A stretch of DNA of 64,000 nucleotides from the NCBI RefSeq assembly GCF_009914755.1, contig NC_060928.1; one strand, 5' to 3'. The notes under the pieces are model-generated. The model worked only from the letters and a program-made list of their open reading frames with translations. It made no database searches and was not told where the DNA came from. The position numbers were made by a program, and so were the translations under genes. This stretch comes from the human T2T-CHM13v2.0 reference genome, Homo sapiens. Positions 46,619-59,500 of the stretch are shown here, piece after piece; position 1 is the first letter of the stretch, and each line of letters starts with the position of its first letter.

Positions 46619-48541
46619 ATATTTATATAGTATTTTAATAATCTTAACAAATTGTTCTCTTAAACATATGAATTTTATGCTTACCATTAACCTGATGTTA
46701 ACAGCTGATTTTCTTTTCCTCTCTGTTTCCCTTTGATTTTAAGTTCCAGCTTTTTGGATAAGTTGGTTCTTAAATGAATTTTCCAATTGCCTTGAAACTG
46801 AACATTAAGGGTCCAGGGAGACCTTCACTCCATTAAACTAGAAGGAAATGGAAATATACTGCCCATACAAAAAGATGCAATGGTCACTATAGCAGACAGC
46901 TGTTTAGAATGGGTCTTGTGTCCTTGCTTTGCGGAGTTTTCAAATACAAGACTTCTAAAAGTAAAGAAATTAGGTTTCTTCCCAGTCAGACTTCTAACTG
47001 GCTCTGTGCCTCAGGCAAATCATTTAACTTCTCTATGTCTAAGATTCCTCAAACGTAAAAGGATGAATTATAATTTGATTTCTAAAATTATTTTACCCCT
47101 CTAGATTTCTCTGTTTCTATGGTAGAAGGCAGAGGATACAGAGTGAGAAAGCTCAGATGTCCTTGCTTTGCCATTTGAGAGCTTCTGCCCTTAGGCAAGG
47201 CCCTGAAATTCTGTGACATCAACACCTCATCTATAAAATGGCCTAATAGAAGAAATTAATAGAATGATCTATTATGCTGGATACAGTGTCTAGTACATAG
47301 AAGACGCACAAGAATGTTTTTAAGGCACCCATCTCTGAAAAATCTAAAGGGATTTCTGCCTGTGGCAGGGGAGGAAATGACCTAAAAGCAGAGGAGTCTA
47401 TCCTGCATCTGCAGGTAGGCATTTCCCAGTATAGTTTCTATAGTATTCACCAGAGACCAGGAAAAGAGAGGGCCAGAGCCTCAAGCATAGTATGAATGCC
47501 TCCTTGGTATCTTTCCATAGTTTAGCCCCCCCTAAAAAAGTCAAAGTGAGTCAGGACAGCATAAATATTAAACTTAATGCCACACATGACTGACAAGACA
47601 TGTCCTGTTCTGGTTTCCATGTCAAACTAGGCTTGATTCTGTTACAGCTAAGCATACCAGCTAGGCTGTATAATGACCATCAGAATAATTGCACAATCCA
47701 AATCACACCACACCAGTAATTAGAAAAAGGAAAGAAAAAACAAATAAAATAACTCCTGAAATGCCAAAAAATTGGTTCTCTTTCAGCTGTATTTCCATTT
47801 AAAATTTAAAGTTTTCAAATGTTATGAAAGTATATTTCTTACTTTTTTTCTTCTTGGGCTATTGTAAGAGTCTCATTTAGGTGTCTGCATGGAGTCTGGG
47901 TTCCATGTGGCAGTTGCAGAATAAAGCACCTGCCATTAGAACTGATGTGCCTTTTTCTAGTCCTTCAAACAAGTCTCAGTTGATCCATATTTTCAGAACT
48001 CTGGAGGGTTTACCAAACAGAATATTACAGTTCTGGTTGCATTCCCACAAAATTTAGAAAGCATCAATAAATCTTTCCCAAAGCCAAACGAGATCAAAAT
48101 ATCTAAACTTAAGTGAGCTGCAACCATACGCATTATCTCATTTAATCTTCATGATTTTAGAAATTGAGTATGCTTACAATCCCTTTTCGGTGGATAAAGA
48201 AACTGAGGCTCAGAAATAATTTGCCAAAGTAAACATGTTTACTAGGTTGAGGAACCAGGATAATGAACTCATGTAGTCTCCCAGTCTACATGCTTAAATT
48301 CTACACTGCAGGACTCCCAAGTATGTAGCAACAACAGCTTATAATCAAAGTACCAATTTCTGTATATACTGATCCTTTCCACATGAAAGCTATATACCTA
48401 GGAAGAGATAAATATTACAGTCCTCATGAAGATTTTTCTAAGTGGAAGTAAGAAGCATCAGAGTTATTTGTGAAACTTTCAAATGTCTCACCACAGATTA
48501 GTGGGCTGGAGTTGGGTTCGGGTGGTGTGTGTGTGTGTGTA

Positions 48542-48643
48542 TATATATAATGTATATATACATTTAAATATATAGTATATATAATGTATATATACATTTA
48601 AATATATAGTATATATAATGTATATATACATTTAAATATATAG
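48542..48643. repeat. 34-bp minisatellite, 3 perfect copies, preceded by (GT)n
   Basis: Unit TATATATAATGTATATATACATTTAAATATATAG at 48542, 48576 and 48610. Confidence 0.92.
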
Positions 48644-49137
48644 TATATATATGAGATTCTGAGTCAAAATTATTTTCATGATTTCCCATAATGAAAAAAA
48701 TTTGTCCCAATCCACAATGCCATTTTGCAGCCATAGACAGACTAATCTTAAGAATCTTAAGTGTTGTCTTGGACAGGAGGTATTTAGAAAAATTATAATG
48801 AGAGGATAAACATTTCTTTAATTTAGCCTCACCAGAATGTGAGTTAAATCAAATAGATGTATATATTAGAATTTACCAGCTGCAAACATGCAAGGAAATA
48901 AGGACAAATTTCGATTAAGTGCTTGCACATGACCTTATGATTCTCATATCTTGGGAGAGTTTGCGACTTATAAAAACTGCTTTATCTTACCAAGAGTGAC
49001 ATCTCAAACACCCTGTCTCCTTGCTAAATGTAAACATTTAAAGAGGTGATACTTGCAGCGCTCAGGATTTCTCTCAAATTCCCTACTTTTCCTTAAAGTA
49101 TGGAGTCTCATTTAAAATCTTTAAAGTACCTCATTTA

Positions 49138-49485
<348 letters not shown>

Positions 49486-50029
49486 TTACTTTCTGTCCTT
49501 GCATTCTTGGCACACTGATAATAAACTGAATGTGGGGTCTTTCTAGGATCACATCTTCCAGTCTTTGTAAGGATGCTGTATCTCATTTATAATAGACAAC
49601 TCTCTCAGCAGAGTTCGTAGTCTTGTGTTTCCCTTTCTACTTACTCATGATCTCCTCTTCTGTCTGGAATTCCTCATCCTCCACAGGTGTGCAAACTGTT
49701 TTGTTTGTTTTTGTCCTTGGGTAGCCGTTTATATCATTTATATCAGTGTTACTTAAGGCTTCAAAGCCTTTGGCTAAAATCTTCCCTGTTTGAGGGAGTT
49801 TCCTTTGTTCCTGCTCTTTTTTCAGCTGGAAAAACTACATTAAGTAATTTCTGTGATATATGCTTCTTTCAAAACTAGTGGCCCTATGCTTCCCTTAACA
49901 CAGAAGTATCAAAGACCAGCATGAGCTTGACCAATATCCTGAGCTTGCTTTTGATATTTTGATTATCTAGGTTTTAGTAACTTTTTCTAATTCATGTTTA
50001 CCTACAGAATTAGTGCCCGCTTGAAGATT

Positions 50030-50460
50030 CTACAGTATCCAAAGCCTTACAGTTTCTCACTGTCTCTATCCTCAGCTCTCATCTTTTTTCCTCCTTTGAC
50101 ACCCTCGAGTCTTGAACATGCCAAGCTCATTCTCAATTACAACTTTTGCACGTGATGCTCTCCCTGCCTGGGAATCGTGAGTCTCAGAGCTGCAGGGAAG
50201 GGGTTCTTTAAGTCATTTCATCTCGGGTCTGGAATGCTTCTCCACACTACTAGTCCTCACAGTATTGTCTGATTTGTGTCAAAGCCCACTTGCTAGTTGA
50301 GACTTTCTCATTTATGTGTTCACTTATTAATGATTTTATTCCCCAAAATGAAATATAAGCTCCATGAGAGATGTACAGTATGCTTTCATATTTATTGCTG
50401 GCCTTAGTGCCTAGAACAGAGTCTAGTGCATAGTAGATACTCAGAAAATATTTGTTCTGT
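50030..50460 (+). mobile_element. L2 3' end
   Basis: CTTGAACATGCCAAGCTC...AATATAAGCTCCATGAG...GTGCCTAGAACAG...AAATATTTGTT. Confidence 0.8.
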
Positions 50461-50922
50461 GAAAATTTTACTTCCATTTCCCTATTAGATTATCCTGCAT
50501 CTTTTTATAGGTCCAGACAAGTTGCCGAAACTTCAACCTTATCATTCCTGTTTTTTAATTCCTTTCTGTTGATCCTACCTTAGCTAAAATACCAATCAGT
50601 ATATTTTTTTTCCTGTAATATGGAAAAAAATTTGAAAAAGCTATCATTGCACCATTTTAATATACATTCAGGTTGCATAGTATCTGTATATGTTGATTTC
50701 AAAGAATAATCTGGATCTGAGTACTAGGAAAAACGAAAATAAAAAGTAGCACAACGTTTACTTTTTATTAAAGTTACATTAGCCATTCCACTGTTTTCAC
50801 TGGCATGATTTTTCATGTTTAAAATATATTTTGAAAATATATACATATATAGAGATATAATTTTGCATAAGTGCCTAAACTAAATTATATCATAATGTTG
50901 TTTTTTAATTCTTGATTTTTAA

Positions 50923-51450
<528 letters not shown>

Positions 51451-51459
51451 TAATTGGGT

Positions 51460-53020
51460 TCTATTATGTTAGATTTTTCTCTACTCTTATACCCATTCAC
51501 ATATATACACTCTCAAATCAATCTTTTTGTCATCATTTAAAAAATATATGCATCTTGTTTTCTAACTCATGATGACCTTGTGGAAAGCCCTCCATGTTGA
51601 TTGTTATGGATAAAATTCAATTCTAAATGGCTGTATATAATATACCGTGATATGGATAATAAGAAACAAATTCAACCATTCCCTTCTTGATAAACATTCA
51701 CTTTGTTTCCAGAGGTTTCTATCTTGTTGGGTTTTGTCACAAAACAAGGCTACAATAAAAGTAGTTATTTAAAAACTACTTTATCTCCAGGTTTAAAGAG
51801 CAAAGCTATTTTTCAATTTTAATGTATGTTGCCTTATTGCTTTCTAAGTACTACAAATAATTACATTTTTACCAGAAGACTATGACACTGTTCTTTACTC
51901 ATGTCCTTACAGCAATAGGTGTTGTAACTGTTTATGTTATTAGTTGTTAAATTAATTTGAATTTCTTAACTACTTGTGAAATTAAATATATTTTTATCTT
52001 CTTCAGATGTTTGGACTTCTTGTGTAAATCATTTATTAATATTCTTGCTCATTTTACTGAGATATTAGTCTTTTTCTCAATTTATACATTCTTTGAATAT
52101 TGTAATTATTAATGCTTATCATAGTAGGTGTTTTCCATATTGTCGGCTGCCTTTGTTCATAACTTTATCATGCACATTTAAAATATTTGTATAGACAATA
52201 TATTTATTATTGTATACATTTTGGATTCCAGTGTTGATTAATATGATTTTTTCTTATTGCTGCATTAGACATGTAGTCTTCTAGATTTTACTGAAGGATT
52301 TTTATTTTTAAAAATTTTAGCATGGGTTTTTAATTCAAGTGGAGTTTTAAAACACATGCCATAAATAGTGAGCCAACTTTCACTTCTTCCAAACAGCTTA
52401 CTAAATATTTTATTCTTCCCCTTCGAATTGAAAACACACTTTTGTCATATTTTAAAATCTCATATATAATGGGATCTATATTTGTATCCTTGATTCTGTT
52501 TCACTGACCAATTTGTCCATTTCTATGGCAACACCAAATTGCTTTGATTATATTTGCCATAGATTATTTTTCTGATATCCTAAAAAGCATATCTCCTTAC
52601 TGTTTTTCTTCACAAATGTTCTTAGCTTTTCTTGGGCACATTTTCTTCCCTCTGAACTTTTAAAAATCATATTCCAAAACAAATCCTGTCACTGCTTTGC
52701 AAATATTTTTACCAAACGAACTGTTTGTCTATACATATTTTAAATGATATTATATTAAATTGATATGTTAATTTGGGGAGATGACCTATAAAGTATTAAA
52801 ATTTATCTTCCAAAAATCAGGCATGTTGTTCAATTTTAAAGAAATTTTAAAATCTTTCAGTAGGGTTTTATTTTTTATGTCATCATTTTATATTCCATCT
52901 TTTGCCTGTTAAATTTATTTTTATATATGCTACATTTTAGTCACTGCTGTAAAATATATATATATATATATATATTCATTTTAATTTCTAGGTGCTATTG
53001 CTAATATTAAGAATGGCTAC
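51460..53020 (-). mobile_element. Old, decayed L1M sequence
   Basis: Antisense L1-like motifs (ATTCAACCATTCCC...ATAAACATT, ATTCTGTTTCACTGA, TTAATTTGGGGAG); limits approximate. Confidence 0.5.
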
Positions 53021-53029
53021 TTTTAAAAA

Positions 53030-56000
53030 ATTTTTAACTTATTTTATATTCAGGGGGTACATGTGCTGGTTTGTTACAAAGGTATATTGTGTGATGCTGA
53101 GGTTTGGGTACAGTTGAACCGATTACCCAGGTAGTGAGCGAACTACCCAATACGTAATTTTTCAACCCTTAATCCCTTCCTCCCTTCCCCTTCTTGTATT
53201 CCTTAGTGTCTATTGTGCCCATCTTTATATCTATGCGTTTCCAATGATTAGCTCCCTCTTATAAGTGAGAACATATGGTATTTAGTTTTCTGTTTCTGCA
53301 TTTATTTGCTTAGGATAATGGCCTCCAGCCGTATCCATGTTGCTGCAAAGTACATGATGCTGTTCTTTTTTATAACTGCATAGTATTACATGGTGTATAT
53401 GTATCATATTTTTTAAATCCAAACCACTGTTGATGAACGCCTGGGTTGATTTCATGTCTTTATTATTGTGAATAGTGCTGCAATGAATATATGAATGCAA
53501 GTGTCTTCTTGGTAGAATGATTTATTTTCCTTTGGATATATACCAAGTAATGGGATTGCTGGTTTGAATGGTAGTTCTATTTTTAGTTCTTTAAGAGATC
53601 TGCAAACTGTTTTCCACAGTGGCTGAACTAATTTACTCTCCCACCAACAGTATATAAGCATTCCTTTTTCTCCACAACCTCGTCAGCATCTGTTCTTTTT
53701 AGACTTTTTAGTAATAGCCATTCTAATTGGTGTGAGATGATATCTCACTGTGGTTTGATTTGCATTTCTCTGATGTTTAGTGGTGTTGAGCATTTTTCCA
53801 TGTTTGTTGACTGCTCGTATGTCTTCTCTTGACAAGCATCTACTCATGTCCTATGTTCACTTTTTAATGGAGTTTATTTTTTCTTGATTTAAGCTCCTTA
53901 TAGATTGTGGATATTAGACCTTTGTTGGATGCATAGTTTGCAAATATTTTCTCCCACTCTGTAGGTTGTCTGTTTACTTCGTTGAGAGTTTCCTTTGCTG
54001 TGCAGAAGCTCTTTAGTTTAACTAGAGTCTCACTTGTCAATTTTTGTTTTTGTTGCAATTGCTTTTGAGGTTTATAAATTCTTTGCCATGGCCAATAATA
54101 TGGCTTGGCTGTGTCCCCCACCCAAATCTCATTTTGAATTATAGTTCTCATAATCCCCATGTGTCCCTGCTGTTCTTGTGATAGTGAGTTCTCATGAGAC
54201 CTGATGGCTTTATAAGGGGCTTTTCCCCCTTTTGCTTGGCACTTCTTGCTGCCGCCATGTGAAGAAGGGAATGTTTGCTTCCCTTTCTGCCATAATTGTA
54301 AGTTTTCTGAGGCCTCCCCAGCCCTGCAGAACTGTGAGTCAATTAAACCTGTTTCCTTTATAAATTACCCAGTCTTGGCTATGTTCTTATAGCGGCGTGA
54401 GAATGGACTAGTAGAGTATATTAGTATCCAGAATGGGGTGCTGCTATAAGGATAGCCAAAAATGTGGAAGCAACTTTGGAACTAAGTAATTGGCAGAGGT
54501 TGGAACAGTTTGGAGGGCTCACTAGAAGATAACAAATGTGGGAAAGTTTGGAACTTCCTAGAGACTTGTTGAATGGCTTTGACCAAAATGCTGATAGTGA
54601 TACGGACAATAATGTCCAGGCTGAGGTAATCTGAGATTGAGATGAGGAACTTGTTGGGAACTGGAGCAAAGGTGACTCTTGTATGCTTTAGCAAAGAGTC
54701 TGGAGGCATTTTGCCCCTTTCCTAGAGATCTGTGGAACACTCAATTTGAGAGAGATGATTTAGGGCATCTGGCAGAAGAAATTTCTATGTGGCAAAGCAT
54801 TCAAGAGAAAGCAGAGCATAAAAGTTTGAAAAATGTGCAGGCTGATTATGAAGTGGAAAAGAAAAATCCATTTTCTGAAAAGAAATTTAAGCCAGCAGCA
54901 GAAATTTTCATAAGTAATGAGGAGCAGAATTTAATCACCAAAACAATGAGAAAAATGTCTCCAGGGCACATCAGAGACCTTCATGGCAGCCCTCCCATCA
55001 CAGGCCCAGAGGCCTAGGAGGGAAAAATGGTTTCTTAGGCCAAGTCCAGGCCCCCCTGCTGTGTTCAGCCTTGGGACTTGGTGCCCTGTGTCCCAGCCAC
55101 TCCAACTGTGGGTAATAGGGGTCAATGTACATTTCGGGCCATTGCAATTCCCAATCCTTGGTAGCTGCCATGTAGTGTTGGTCCTGCAGGTGCACAGAAG
55201 ACAAGAATTGAGGATTGGGAACCTCCACCTAGATTTCAAAGAATGTATGGAAGTGCCTGGATGTCCAGGCAGAGGTATGCTGCAGGGGCTGAACGCTTGT
55301 GGAGAACCTCTGCTAGGGTAGTGCAGAAGGGAAATGTGGGGTTGGAGCCCTGACAGAGTCCTCACTGGGGCACTGCCTAGTAGGCCTGTGAGAAGAGGCT
55401 ACTGTCTTCTAGACCTCAAAATGGTAAATCCACTGACAGCTTGCACCATGCACCTGGAAAAGGTGCAGACACTCAAAGTCAGCCCATGAAGGCAGTCAGT
55501 AAGGGCGCTGTGCCCTGCGAAGCCACAGGGGTGGAGCTTGCCAAGGCCATGGGAGCCTACCTCTTGCATCAGTGTGACCTGGATGTGAGACATGGAACCA
55601 AAAGAGATCATTTTGGTAATTTAATGTTTAATAATTGCCCTATTGGATTTTGTGCTTGCATGGGGCCTGTAGCCCCTTTGTTTTCACTAATTTATCCCAT
55701 GTGAAATGGTGTATCTACCCAATGCCTGTACCCCATTGTATCTAGGAAGTAACCAACTTGCTTTTCATTTTATAGGCTCATAGGTGGAAGGGACTTGCCT
55801 TGTCTCAGATGAGACTTTGGACTTGGACTTTTGAGTTAATGCTGGAATGAGTCAAGACTTTAGGGAACTGTTGGAAGGGCATGATTGTGTTATGAATTGT
55901 GAGGACATGAGATTTGGGAGGGTCCAGGACCAGAATGACATGGTTTGGCTGTGTCCCCACCCAAATCTCATCTTGAATTGTAGTTCCCAAAATCCCCACG

Positions 56001-56480
56001 TGTAATGAAGGAGATGTGGTGGGAAGTAATTGAATCACGGGGGCACTTACTTTCATGCTGTTCACATGATAGTGAGTGAGTCCTCACAAGATCTGATGGT
56101 TTTATAAGGGGCTTTTCCCCGTTTTGCTTGGCATTTCTTCTTGCTGCCACCATGTGAAAAAGGACATGTTTGCTTCCCCTTCCACCATGATTGTAAGTTT
56201 CCTGAGGCCTCCCCACTCATGCAGAATTGTGAATCAATCAAACCTCTTTCCTTTATAAATTACCCAGTCTTGAGGATGTCCTTATAGCAGCATGAGAATG
56301 AACTAATACAGCCAATGTCAAGAAATGTATTCCCTGGGTTGTCTTCCAGGATTTTTATAGTTTTAGGTCTTACATTTAAGTCTTTAATCCATCTTGAGTT
56401 ACTTTTTGTATATTGTGAGCAGTAAGGGTCTAATTTCATTCTTCTGTATGTGGTTTGCCAGTTATCCCAGCACTACTTTA
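53030..56480 (-). mobile_element. L1PA15/16-like 3' region, split by THE1
   Basis: TTCAGGGGGTACATGTG...GATGCTGAGGTTTGGG; minus-strand ORFs [13 protein letters not shown] and [11 protein letters not shown]; resumes after 56310. Confidence 0.82.
54096..56310 (+). mobile_element. Two-LTR THE1 (THE1C/D-like) MaLR element
   Basis: 5' LTR 54096-54415, internal 54416-55935, 3' LTR 55936-56310; TSD GCCAA at 54091-54095 and 56311-56315. Confidence 0.93.
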
Positions 56481-57530
56481 ACAATATAGATTCTTTGAAT
56501 CTATGAACATGGAACGTTTTTCTACTTGATTATGTCATCTGTGATTTCTTTCAACAGTGTTCCCTTTTATCCACATTCTCACCAGTGTCAGTTATTTTTT
56601 GTCTTTTTAATAGTAGCCATTCAAACTAGGGTAAGATGATATCTCATTGTGGTTTTGATTTGCATTTTCCTGATAATCAGTGATGTTGAGAATTTTTTTT
56701 CATATAGCCATTGGCCATGTTTATGTCTTCTTTTAAGAAATCTCTATTTGTGTTCTTTGTCCACTTTTTACTGGGATTATTATTATTTTTTTCTGTGGAG
56801 TTGTTTCATTCCTTGTATATTCTGGATATTAGTGCCTTTTTGGATGAATAGTTTACAATTATTTTCTCCCATTCAGCAGAGTCTCTATACTGTGTTCATT
56901 TTTTTCCTTTGCTGTGCAGAAGCTTTTCAGCTTCTACTAATCCCATTTGTCTATTTTTGTTTTTGTTGCCTGTGTTGAGGTCTTAGCCATAAAATCTCTG
57001 CCTAGACAAATATTCTGAATTGTTTCCCTATTTTTTTCTAGTAATTTTATAGTTTTAAATCTTAGATTTAAGTCTTTATTTCATGTTGAGTTGATATTTG
57101 TGTATGAAGGATATGGGTCCAGTTTCTTTCTTCCACATATGGATATCCAATTTTCCCAGTACCATTTATTGAAGAGGGTGTTCTTTCCTCAATGTATGTT
57201 CTAGTCCCTTTGTCAAAAATCAGTTCACTATAAGTATCTGATATACTGATTTTGTTTCCTTGGGATAAATACACAGTAGTGAGATTGCAGGATTGAATGA
57301 TATTCTATTTATAGTTGTTTTTGAGAAATCTCCACATTGTTTTCCATCATGGCTGTACTAATTTACATTCCCACACCAGGGAGTATTTCCAGGTTCTCTA
57401 TTCTGTTCCATTGATCTATGTGTCTATTTTTATACCAATACAATTTCCTCTTTTGGTTACTATAGCCTTATAATATATTTTTTAATCAAATAGTGTGATA
57501 CTTTTGCCTTTGCTCTGTTTGCTCAGGATA
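56480..57530 (-). mobile_element. Rearranged L1 (L1MA/PB-class) ORF2 fragments
   Basis: GATGATATCTCATTGTGGTTTTGATTTGCATTT, GCTGTGCAGAAGCTTTT, CCAGTACCATTTATTGAAGAG; pieces not colinear. Confidence 0.7.
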
Positions 57531-57546
57531 TCTGAGCAACCAAGTA

Positions 57547-57896
57547 CAGATGCTCCTCAGCTTATGATGTATAATAAACCCATGGTTAAGTTGAAAATAT
57601 TGCAATTCCCAAATGCATTTAGTACATCTAACCTTCTGAACATCGTAGCTTAGCCTAGCCTACCAGAAACATGCTCAGAAAACTTACATTAGCCTACAGT
57701 TGGGCAAAAATCATCTAATACAATGCATATTTTGTAATAAAGTTTGAATATCTCATGTACTTTATTGAATGCTGTACTAAAAAATAATGGTTATGTGGGT
57801 ACTCAAAGTATGGTTTCTGTTAAATGCATATGGCTTTCACATGATCATAAAGTAGAAAAATCCTAAGTTGACCCTTTGAATGTTGGAAACTGTGTG
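57547..57896 (+). mobile_element. MER47A (TcMar-Tigger) DNA transposon
   Basis: CAGATGCTCCTC...AGCTTAGCCTAGCCTACC...CATTAGCCTACAGTTGGGCAAAA; TA dinucleotides on both flanks. Confidence 0.88.
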
Positions 57897-58246
57897 TATT
57901 GATGGTGCGGAGTAATGAAGATTTTTACTTGCTTTGATCAATTTAGAAAGCAATCTGATTTCATACAATTAAAAATGTGTATGCCCTATATATGCATAAG
58001 GAGATATATATAAAGATGTTTATTGCAGTATTATGTATAATAAAATAATGAAAAATTAAACCATTAATTAAAGAATGGGTAAGTAATATGTAATATAATC
58101 ATGTGGTAAACACCACAGGTAGGCAAAAAAATAGCTGCCATGACTTGGTTAAATGAAAAGACTGGATAGATTTGAGTCCTGGCCCTGTCATAACTTTGGA
58201 TAGTTACTTATACTTTTCCTGCTTCAGCACTGTAAAATATAGATAA

Positions 58247-59500
58247 TGCTATGGTTTGGAAGCTCTCTCCAAAACTCATGTTGAAATTTAATTGCCAATA
58301 TAATATTATTGCAAACTGGGGACTTTAACAGATGATTAGGTCATGGGAGTTTCACCCTCATGAGTGGATTAATGCCATCATTGCAGAAGTGGGCTAGTTA
58401 TTACAGGAGTGGGCTCCTGATAAAAAGATAAGCCCAGCCGCCTTTTGTTCTCTCTGTCTCACATGCTTGCTTACCCTTCCACAGTGGGATATCCCTCACC
58501 AGACGCTGGCACCATCCTCTTGGACTTCCCATTATCCAGACCCATAAGCCAAATAAATTTCTGTTCTTTATAAGTTACTCAGTGTGTGGTACTCTATTAT
58601 AACAGCAGAAAAAAAGACATACTATTCATACTGAAAAGTGAGGCTGTCATTATAGCAAAGTGCTGAAAAGGTGGAAGCAGCTTTGGAACTAGATAATGGG
58701 TAGAGGCTGGAAGAATTTGGAGGAGCAGGCTAGAAAAAGCCTAGATTGCTGTGAATGTAGCATTAAAGGCAACTCTGGTAAGGGGTCCAAACAAGAGGAG
58801 AGCTGTAGGGAAACATGAAACTTTTTAGAGATTACATAAGGGGTGGTGACCAAAAGGCTGATTGAAATATTAAAGGTAAAGGCCATTTTGATGAGGTTTC
58901 AGAGGGAAATGAAGAACAATGTTTTAGACACTGGGGTAAAGTCCATCCTTGTTTTACAGTTGTAAAGACCTTGAGTGAATTGTACCCAAAGCCTGAGGGC
59001 TTTGCAGAATGCAGAGCTTTAAAGTGATGAACTAGGATATCTGGTGGAAGACATACCCAAGCAGCAAAGCATTCAGGCTGCTGCATGGCTGCTTTTAACC
59101 ATATACAGTGAGACGTGAGGGATGACTTCAATAAAGATTGTATAATAAAATAAGAAACAGAGTGAAAGGATTTGGAAAATTCACAGCCTGGTTATGTAAA
59201 GAATTAAAAAAAAAAGAAAATTTCAGAAGAGAGCACTAAGGATGTGGCCAAGTGACAATTGCCAAAGAGATTAATATGGATAAAAGCCAGGTGCTATATA
59301 TCAAGACCATGGAAGAAAGACCCTGAAGGCATTTCACTTATCACTGAGGTTGCCCCTTCCATTATAGGCCCAGAGCTGTAGGAGGGCAGAATGGTTTCTG
59401 GTGATGGTCTTGAAGCATCCTCCATGGGCTCACTGCCCAGGGTTAACTTGGGTCTCCACTCATTCTGATTCTAGCAATGTGCCCCTAGTCTGCACTGGGA
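58247..59500 (+). mobile_element. MST (MSTC-like) LTR 58247-58619 plus truncated internal sequence
   Basis: TGCTATGGTTTG...AAAACTCATGTTGAAATTTAATTGCCAA...; then GTGGAAGCAGCTTTGGAACT, resembling the THE1 internal start at 54463. Confidence 0.8.

Noticed and set aside
48542-48643. CRISPR-like array with 34-bp palindromic repeats
   Set aside because: Units are contiguous with no spacers, in primate DNA with no cas genes; it is a minisatellite
54421-55704. Cluster of ORFs of 60-144 aa
   Set aside because: Decayed THE1 internal sequence read in several frames
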